Positions 9,218 through 15,039 of a DNA stretch of 15,039 nucleotides are shown here, piece by piece. A program made the translations under genes and the position numbers. The notes under the pieces are model-generated. The model worked only from the letters and a program-made list of their open reading frames with translations. It made no database searches and had not been told where the DNA came from. The stretch lies in contig JAITVV010000074.1 in the NCBI GenBank assembly GCA_031285625.1, positions 1 through 15,039 on the forward strand. Reading direction: 5' to 3'. Positions within the stretch are counted from its first letter, which is position 1. Each line of letters opens with the position of its first letter. This DNA is from Prevotella sp. GTDB lineage: Bacteria > Bacteroidota > Bacteroidia > Bacteroidales > Dysgonomonadaceae.

Positions 9218-9835
9218 ATGAAGAAATTATTATTGGTATTATTGTTGATTGTATCTGTTGGTGGATATGCTCAGGTATCATGGAATGCAAAAGCAGGGAT
9301 CAACGTAAGTAAACGCACGCAATTTGACGCTGATATGAAAATTGGTTACCAGTTCGGGGTAGGAATGGATTATTATTTTAGTGAGCATTGGGGAATCCAA
9401 CCTTCTATTATGCTAATAACCAAAGGATTTAAAGTTAAAGGGAATTATTATTATCCTCCGGAATGGAATGACAATTTATCCAAATATAATATAACTGAAA
9501 ATCGAATATATTTAGAGGTCCCTATTATGCTTGTGTATAGATTTAACGTAACCGAAAATATTAAATTGGTTTTAAATGGAGGTGCATATGCTGGTTATGG
9601 CATAGGTGGGAAATACAAAAATAAATTTACTAAAAAAGATGGTTCTACCGGTAATTACGATTATAATACGTTCTCATTAGGTTCAGAAAAATTTGATGCG
9701 GGCTTAGGAGCAGGAACAACGCTTGAATATCTGAACAAATACACAATTGGTATTATGGGAGAATGGGGTATGAAAAATACATTAGGAAGTTCGAAGAACC
9801 AAACTTATGGAATAAATATAGGATATAAGTTTTAG
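9218..9835 (+). CDS. Small outer membrane beta-barrel protein (porin family, OMP_b-brl_2/PorT-like)
   Basis: Signal peptide ending GYAQ; KAGINVS, IGYQFGV, IQPSI..ITKG, YLEVPI, GAYAGYGIGGK, FDAGL..G; terminal YGINIGYKF beta-signal. Confidence 0.88.
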   Translation: MKKLLLVLLLIVSVGGYAQVSWNAKAGINVSKRTQFDADMKIGYQFGVGMDYYFSEHWGIQPSIMLITKGFKVKGNYYYPPEWNDNLSKYNITENRIYLEVPIMLVYRFNVTENIKLVLNGGAYAGYGIGGKYKNKFTKKDGSTGNYDYNTFSLGSEKFDAGLGAGTTLEYLNKYTIGIMGEWGMKNTLGSSKNQTYGINIGYKF

Positions 9836-9843
9836 AAGAATCA

Positions 9844-9880
9844 GAATATCTGGTCTAAGTAAAGATCAGATATTCATTTT
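9844..9880 (+). terminator. Probable rho-independent terminator ending the cell-surface-signalling operon
   Basis: GAATATCTGGTCT-aagtaa-AGATCAGATATTC (13-bp stem, one G-U pair) followed by ATTTT, beginning 9 nt after the stop codon. Confidence 0.7.
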
Positions 9881-10061
9881 CATTTCCATTTCCATCTTCA
9901 TATAGAGGTATATCCAATTCAAAACACAAGACTGGATTTTAAGATAAAATTACTGAAAGCATAAAAGCGCATAAATAGTTCTATTTCTTTCCAGACAATT
10001 CATTAGTAATATTATATCCAAAAAGGAACAGAACATTTGTATTATAAAAAACATACAAAAT

Positions 10062-10277
10062 ATGAGAAAAATAATGCTAATATCAATCACGATATTAATC
10101 AACATGTCTTTTAGTTCATGTGCAATTTACAATACCCTTTTTCATAATACATGTGAGTACCCTAATTGCCAAAATTCTCGCGCAGAACAATGCTTATATT
10201 GCCCTGTCCATTGCCCTGAATATATAAAGCCCCCCCCTTCTTCCGATATAAAAATACAAGTAAAAGAACCCCCTTGA
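10062..10277 (+). CDS. Small Cys/His-rich putative lipoprotein
   Basis: A-rich leader, MRK plus hydrophobic stretch plus FSSC20 lipobox, then C31-x4-C36-x7-C44-x2-C47-x2-H50-C51 and a Pro-rich tail. Confidence 0.6.
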   Translation: MRKIMLISITILINMSFSSCAIYNTLFHNTCEYPNCQNSRAEQCLYCPVHCPEYIKPPPSSDIKIQVKEPP

Positions 10278-10513
10278 TATGGAGTACCGTCAAAATGTAA
10301 AAACCAAAAACAAAGAATTAAAATTCCGCTCTAAATTTTAGATAAAACTTTTTTAGGTGGAAGAGAATAACGACTAGAGAAATACTCTAACTACTCAGGT
10401 ATATCTTACTAGAATCAAAGAAAGTATTTGACACCGTTAGATTGTTGATAAGTATGCATTGTCTCTACTTCTACACTACTATTTATCAGATAATTATAGA
10501 GATTTATGTTTAT

Positions 10514-10765
10514 TTACTTATCTTCTAATTCCCTCTTTATAAACTCTTCCAACGCTCTCTTTTCTGGTAGCCTCACTAAATATTTAGAAACAAATAGTTG
10601 ATTATCCATCCCTGAAGTAGCATATTTAGCCAAAGTTTCACCTTTGCTTCCACAAAGTATAAGTCCGATGGGCGGATTATCACCATCCGACATTTCATTG
10701 TCTTTGTAATAATTCAGATAGACATTCATTTGCCCGGCATCAGCATGGTCGAATGAGTCGATTTT
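10514..10765 (-). pseudogene. 3' fragment of a YhcG/DUF1016 PD-(D/E)XK nuclease-like gene
   Basis: KIDSFDHADAGQMNVYLNYY...GDNPPIGLILC...YATSGMDNQLFVSKYLVRLP matches the YhcG C-terminus. Similarity stops near 10765 and the N-terminal three quarters is absent. Confidence 0.85.
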
Positions 10766-10899
10766 CTGTGTGTTGTGAAGCAAAAAGTTTGCTTTACGAG
10801 CTAGATGCAGATAGAATATCTACGCCAGCAGGAGGCTGAAAGAGAAAGACAGCATTATTGAATTATTACAAGAAATTGCTAAGGATAAGAAGTGATTTG

Positions 10900-10931
10900 T
10901 TTGTGAGTTTTTTTATAAAAGCATATATTTG
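10900..10931 (+). promoter_or_regulatory. Bacteroidota primary-sigma promoter of the methyltransferase operon
   Basis: TTTG (10900-10903), 20-nt spacer, TATATTTG (10924-10931). Matches the -33 TTTG / -7 TAnnTTTG consensus, 20 nt before the ATG. Confidence 0.75.
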
Positions 10932-10951
10932 TACTGATATAAATTGGAAAT

Positions 10952-11926
10952 ATGGAAAAGATAAAGTTTATCGACCTTTTTTGCGGCATTGGCGGGTTTC
11001 GACAAGCAATGGATGAAGCCTGTTCTGAAAACGATTTGATATCTGAATGTGTGTTTTCTTCCGATATCGACCTGTTTTGTCAAGAAAGCTATGAGGCAAA
11101 CTTTGGTCACAGACCAGCAGGAGATATCACCAAGATTAGCGAAAAAGATATACCTGACCATGATATTTTGTTTGCGGGATTTCCGTGTCAACCATTCAGT
11201 ATTATTGGACAAATGCAAGGTTTTAACGATATCAGAGGAACTCTGTTTTTTGATATAGCAAGAATCTTAAAACATAAACGTCCGACTGCATTTGTGCTTG
11301 AAAATGTCAAACAACTTGTGGGGCATAATAAAGGGCAAACGTTAAAAACCATTCTTAAAACTTTACGAGATTTGGGTTATCATGTTCAATATGCCGTACT
11401 GAATGCTCTGGATTATGGACTACCTCAAAAAAGGGAACGAGTAATCATAGTCGGTCATAGAGAACCTATTTTCTTTTCTTTTCCTTCTCCAATAAAACCT
11501 TTTAAGCCGCTTTCGGATATTCTTGAAAAGAAGGTGGATAAGAAACACTACGCATCTGATTACATCGCATCAAAAAGAAAAGAAAAACATACATCAGCTT
11601 ATAAACTTTCTATTTGGCATGAGAACAAAGCTGGGAATATTTGTTCGTATCCATATTCTTGTGCATTACGAGCAGGAGCGTCTTACAACTACTTGCTTGT
11701 AAATGGAGAAAGACGATTAACACCGAGAGAAATGTTTCGATTACAAGGATTCCCAGACAGTTATAAAATAATCGTTAATGATAGCCAAGCAAGAAAACAA
11801 GCAGGAAATGCAGTGCCTGTCAATATTGTAAAGGCTGTTATTTTGAAGCTCTTGCCATACGTCGCTACAACATTGGATATGACTTGTGTATTAAGAGATT
11901 ATGAAGTAGAATATGGAACAAGATAA
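10952..11926 (+). CDS. DNA (cytosine-5)-methyltransferase
   Basis: Motif I FIDLFCGIGG, motif IV AGFPCQPFS, motif VI LENV, motif VIII PQKRERV, motif IX RRLTPREMFRLQGFP, motif X KQAGNAV. Confidence 0.97.
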   Translation: MEKIKFIDLFCGIGGFRQAMDEACSENDLISECVFSSDIDLFCQESYEANFGHRPAGDITKISEKDIPDHDILFAGFPCQPFSIIGQMQGFNDIRGTLFFDIARILKHKRPTAFVLENVKQLVGHNKGQTLKTILKTLRDLGYHVQYAVLNALDYGLPQKRERVIIVGHREPIFFSFPSPIKPFKPLSDILEKKVDKKHYASDYIASKRKEKHTSAYKLSIWHENKAGNICSYPYSCALRAGASYNYLLVNGERRLTPREMFRLQGFPDSYKIIVNDSQARKQAGNAVPVNIVKAVILKLLPYVATTLDMTCVLRDYEVEYGTR

Positions 11927-12665
11927 ATCACCCAAACTCAGAACGGTTAATAAATCCGTTTCCGCATTTCCGTTGAATGAGTTTCCGAAAGACTTTCCTT
12001 TTCTTCTTGGAAAAGAATTGATTTATTTATTGGCATCCAAAGGTAAACCAGATTTAGAGGGTTCAGATTGGGAAAATATTTTCGCAAATTGCATAGGAGC
12101 CGATTGGAAGCCTTCGAATGTCGGTCTTGATGATGTCGTAATGGGAAATACAGCATGGGGAGCAAAAACAGTAAAAGCAACAAGACCCTCTACTCAAAAA
12201 AAGGTCAGGTTAATTTCAGGAAGAAATTCTCTAGTATACTCTTTTGATGAAAGTTTGGATACAAAAGCAGATCCTAATCTATTCGGCAGGCTTGTTTTGG
12301 ATATTTGGAATGAAAGAGTATCCGCTGTCAGAGAGAAATTTAAACATTTACGCACGGTTGTATTAATAAAATCAAACGACCTCTCCGAAGTCTCGGTATT
12401 TGAATTTGAAACAATTCGTTACGATCACGAATTATACAACTGGGAATGGAATAAAAATAAAAACTTAATAGGGATTGATAAGAAGACGGGAGAACATCGC
12501 TTTACTTGGCAGCCCCACGGTTCTCAATTTACCATTCTAGAAGAAGTTCCTGCAAAAAGTTTGACGATCAGAATAAAACAGCCTGAAACCCTCGATAAAG
12601 AGCAAGTCTTGGAGGCTCTCGGGTTTGATAAATCTTGGATAACTGTAATAAAGAATAATGGCTGA
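11913..12665 (+). CDS. Putative type II restriction endonuclease (PD-(D/E)XK-like)
   Basis: 250 aa, overlapping both the methyltransferase and vsr. WE...GLDDVV...WGAKTVK resembles a variant PD-(D/E)XK core. The call rests mainly on gene context. Confidence 0.65.
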   Translation: MEQDKSPKLRTVNKSVSAFPLNEFPKDFPFLLGKELIYLLASKGKPDLEGSDWENIFANCIGADWKPSNVGLDDVVMGNTAWGAKTVKATRPSTQKKVRLISGRNSLVYSFDESLDTKADPNLFGRLVLDIWNERVSAVREKFKHLRTVVLIKSNDLSEVSVFEFETIRYDHELYNWEWNKNKNLIGIDKKTGEHRFTWQPHGSQFTILEEVPAKSLTIRIKQPETLDKEQVLEALGFDKSWITVIKNNG

Positions 12666-13068
12666 TGTTTTTACAAAGGAAGAGCGAAGTCAAATTATGC
12701 GGCAAGTAAAAAGTAGTCGTAACAAATCCACTGAATTAAAACTTGTCGCTTTTTTTAAAGCCAATAATATCAAGGGTTGGAGAAGAAACTATAAACTTTT
12801 CGGAAAACCAGATTTCACCTTTCCTAAAAATAAACTTGTTATTTTTGTTGACGGGTGCTTTTGGCATGGTCATAATTGTAGGAATACCAAGCCAAAAGAC
12901 AATGCAGATTATTGGATAAAGAAAATCGAACGCAACAAGAAACGAGATTTGGAAGTAACTCAAACTCTCTCGAAAAAAGGCTGGAAAGTAGTACGCTTTT
13001 GGGAATGTGAACTTAAAAACACAGTGCTATTGAAGGAAAAATTAACGTCTGATTTAGTTTTACATTAA
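12658..13068 (+). CDS. vsr: Very short patch repair endonuclease
   Basis: MADVFTKEERSQIM, GKPDF, IFVDGCFWHGH, YWIKKIERNKKRD, GWKVVRFWECE. Confidence 0.95.
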   Translation: MADVFTKEERSQIMRQVKSSRNKSTELKLVAFFKANNIKGWRRNYKLFGKPDFTFPKNKLVIFVDGCFWHGHNCRNTKPKDNADYWIKKIERNKKRDLEVTQTLSKKGWKVVRFWECELKNTVLLKEKLTSDLVLH

Positions 13069-13102
13069 TTCAACAGACATTGTCTGTTGAATTAATGTAA
13101 AA
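13058..13102. terminator. 45-bp palindrome, probable bidirectional terminator between convergent vsr and integrase
   Basis: TTTTACATTAATTCAACAGACA-t-TGTCTGTTGAATTAATGTAAAA; perfect 22-bp arms. Confidence 0.65.
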
Positions 13103-13203
13103 TAGAAATCGGTGGGCAGTGTTCGTCAAATCTCCTAATCAGAGAAAAGTAAGAATAAATTTACAAGGTTTGCAATTCGCCAGTCGCTGATTGGCTTTTA
13201 TCG

Positions 13204-14463
13204 TTAGTATTGCTTATGCATCCTATTTCTCAATGCTTTCAGCCTGTTTGCCGCCTGTTGGTTATCCACTTTGATATATCGCATAAATGCAGCAGAACTT
13301 TTGTGTCTTGATATTTTCATGAGTTCCTCTGCTGGAAACCCAGATAAATACATATTGGTACAGAACGAACGCCGACAAGTATGCGAAGACATTAGTTCAT
13401 ATTTCTTGCGTATATCTGTTACTCTGGTATTCCCTCTCTTTCGGACTATTTCTATTTTCTGATTTAGCTTAATTTTCTCGCCCAATTCTTTGACACGTTC
13501 GTTGAATTTGTAAGAAGAAACTTTCGGTAAATCGTAGTTATACTTTTTGAGAATATCCGGTACATAGTCAATCATAGGGATAACAACGGCTTTATGTACT
13601 TTCCGTTGTTTAATATTGATGTTCCCGTTTACCAAGTCGATATGTTCATTATTGAGTGTTGATAAATCGCTGTACCGTAATCCGGTGTAGCAGCCAACAA
13701 TAAATATATCCCTGATTTCCTCTAATTCTTTATCATCGGAGAGATTAAGCTGATATATTTTAGCCAATTCATTTTCGGTTAAATAGATAGCGTCTGTTTC
13801 CTCTTCCACAACCTTAAAGGATTTCAAATCGACTGTCGGGATAGTCCCTTTTGCCATTTGATAGTTTACGAAACCTTTTAACAATCGTACTACCTTTCCG
13901 GCAGAGTTTGTTACCAGTCCAACTGTACCATCAGGCTTTATGGCTTCGTAAAACAAATAATTCATAAACTCGTTGTAGAACTTCATGTTAAGATTGCGAA
14001 AAGATATTGGTTGAGAAGAATACTTCTTAAATGCCGTCAAATGCTTCTTTAACGTCTTGTAGTCCTTTACTTGGTCTTTAGATACGAAAGGACCTTTCTC
14101 TTCAACATACTTATCCAAGAGGGCAAACAAGTCTGTCCGAGCCTGTTTCTGTTCATATTCTCTTTCAACAGCTAATTCTTTCAAAACAAAGTCAACAGTC
14201 GGTTCTATATCGTTTTCGTTAGCGTAATCCAATATATTCGACAGGCGCAGATAGATTTTATTAACAGTTACTTCTATTTCGTCATATTCCGAACAGGCTC
14301 GCTTAACGCATTTCTTTTTATCGTCCCAATGCTCGAATTTGATAGAGTATCCGGTCGATATTAAAGTACGTTTAGTTCGGTCATAGTTGTAACGGACATA
14401 AAGTGGTGTATAACCCGATTTAGAGTCATAGTCTTTCTTAATGTAAACAAAGTATTTAGCCAT
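13204..14463 (-). CDS. Tyrosine recombinase / integrase (Bacteroidota arm-binding, SAM-like and catalytic domains)
   Basis: PLYVRY...ISTG..I...HWD arm domain; RDIFIVGCYTGLRYSD; SSHTCRRSFCTN; KISRH...FMRYIK. The start at 14463 (MAKY) is preferred because a promoter occupies 14490-14520. Confidence 0.93.
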   Translation of the reverse strand: MAKYFVYIKKDYDSKSGYTPLYVRYNYDRTKRTLISTGYSIKFEHWDDKKKCVKRACSEYDEIEVTVNKIYLRLSNILDYANENDIEPTVDFVLKELAVEREYEQKQARTDLFALLDKYVEEKGPFVSKDQVKDYKTLKKHLTAFKKYSSQPISFRNLNMKFYNEFMNYLFYEAIKPDGTVGLVTNSAGKVVRLLKGFVNYQMAKGTIPTVDLKSFKVVEEETDAIYLTENELAKIYQLNLSDDKELEEIRDIFIVGCYTGLRYSDLSTLNNEHIDLVNGNINIKQRKVHKAVVIPMIDYVPDILKKYNYDLPKVSSYKFNERVKELGEKIKLNQKIEIVRKRGNTRVTDIRKKYELMSSHTCRRSFCTNMYLSGFPAEELMKISRHKSSAAFMRYIKVDNQQAANRLKALRNRMHKQY

Positions 14464-14470
14464 AGAAAAA

Positions 14471-14491
14471 TTGTGTTGCATTTGTGTTGCA
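14471..14491. repeat. Tandem direct repeat TTGTGTTGCA x2, candidate integrase arm-type sites
   Basis: Copies at 14471-14480 and 14482-14491, between the integrase promoter and its start codon. Confidence 0.6.
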
Positions 14492-14520
14492 AACATACAA
14501 AAACTATCCGAAAATGCAAA
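14490..14520 (-). promoter_or_regulatory. Primary-sigma promoter of the integrase
   Basis: On the minus strand: TTTG (14520-14517), 19-nt spacer, TATGTTTG (14497-14490). Confidence 0.75.
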
Positions 14521-14667
14521 TAATTCAAGAAAATATAAAAAGTTAAATAGTTGATATTCAATAATTATAAGAAACTATTGAAAACTATTAGAAAATAATT
14601 AGAGTCCCGTCATAAGACTCATTTTGAGATAGTTCAAAGTAATTTTGTAACATTAAAAATTGAGTTT

Positions 14668-14836
14668 ATGAAAAGTACATTTCGCATTCTTTTCTATGTG
14701 AAAAGGGACAAACAAAAATCAGACGGCACATTTCCTATTATGTGCCGAGTCACTATTGACGGACAACCAACCCGTTTCAATACCAAAGTAAGTGTTAATT
14801 CCAACATCTGGGATGCAAAGGCATGTGGAAAATCCA
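14668..14836 (+). pseudogene. 5' fragment (arm-DNA-binding domain) of a second, IntDOT-like tyrosine integrase, interrupted by an IS
   Basis: MKSTFRILFYVKR.K...DG..PIMCRVTIDG...RF.TK..V....WD is a typical Bacteroidales integrase N-terminus. Similarity is lost after GKS. A -7-like TAATTTTG lies at 14640-14647. Confidence 0.82.
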
Positions 14837-15039
14837 GTGAGCGTTGCCCCTCGTGCCAGTCTAAATTGACCCCATGTACCAAAATATGTTTGACCCTTTT
14901 CGCCAAAATAAAAATGTCCCCTGTCGGAATATAAACCAACAGGGGATTTTTATGTAATTTAGATTTACCCTCCTGGTCGATGGGTTAAAACTAAAATTAC
15001 TATGACAACAAAATTAGCAAACATTCTTCATTGCTATGC
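14837..15039 (+). mobile_element. Left end of an IS21-family insertion sequence (runs off the window; exact boundary +/- a few bp)
   Basis: Begins near GTGAGCGTTG. Three imperfect repeats CCA-n-TG(A/T)CCC start at 14856, 14879 and 14903 (23-24-bp period), followed by an IstA-like N-terminus. Confidence 0.72.
15002..15039 (+). CDS. istA: N-terminus of an IS21-family transposase (partial)
   Basis: MTTKLANILHCYA resembles the start of Bacteroidales IstA proteins as recalled. Only about 13 codons are visible. Confidence 0.6.
   Translation, partial: MTTKLANILHCY

Noticed and set aside
10952-12665. Assigning a named enzyme or recognition sequence to the R-M system
   Set aside because: Neither protein is recognised with confidence, and the window is too short for site-avoidance statistics.
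10913-12963. Antisense and off-frame ORFs over the R-M operon (10913-11218, 11049-11258, 11947-12183, 12736-12963)
   Set aside because: Shadows of the methyltransferase, nuclease and vsr genes.
14595-14625. tRNA gene
   Set aside because: Only a short T-arm-like word is present; no cloverleaf can be built.
14856-14921. CRISPR-like periodic repeats
   Set aside because: Three short imperfect units with no spacers of CRISPR length and no cas genes; better explained as IS21 subterminal repeats.

Overview
AT-rich Bacteroidota (Bacteroidales-like) accessory DNA made of nested mobile elements; the taxon is inferred from gene families and TTTG/TAnnTTTG promoters. It opens with the backbone of a mobilizable transposon: DNA primase, a hairpin-rich putative oriT and a MobV/Pre relaxase. 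Next is a six-gene cell-surface-signalling locus: ECF sigma, FecR anti-sigma, TonB-dependent receptor, DUF4249-like lipoprotein, a charge-bipartite lipoprotein (DUF4848-like) and a small outer-membrane beta-barrel. It has no SusD and no CAZyme. After that come a 71-aa Cys/His-rich lipoprotein, a 5'-truncated YhcG/DUF1016 nuclease gene, and a C5-methyltransferase / putative endonuclease / Vsr operon. The window ends with a convergent tyrosine integrase and a second, divergent integrase interrupted by the left end of an IS21-family element. All family calls are from motif recognition by eye; no searches were run.
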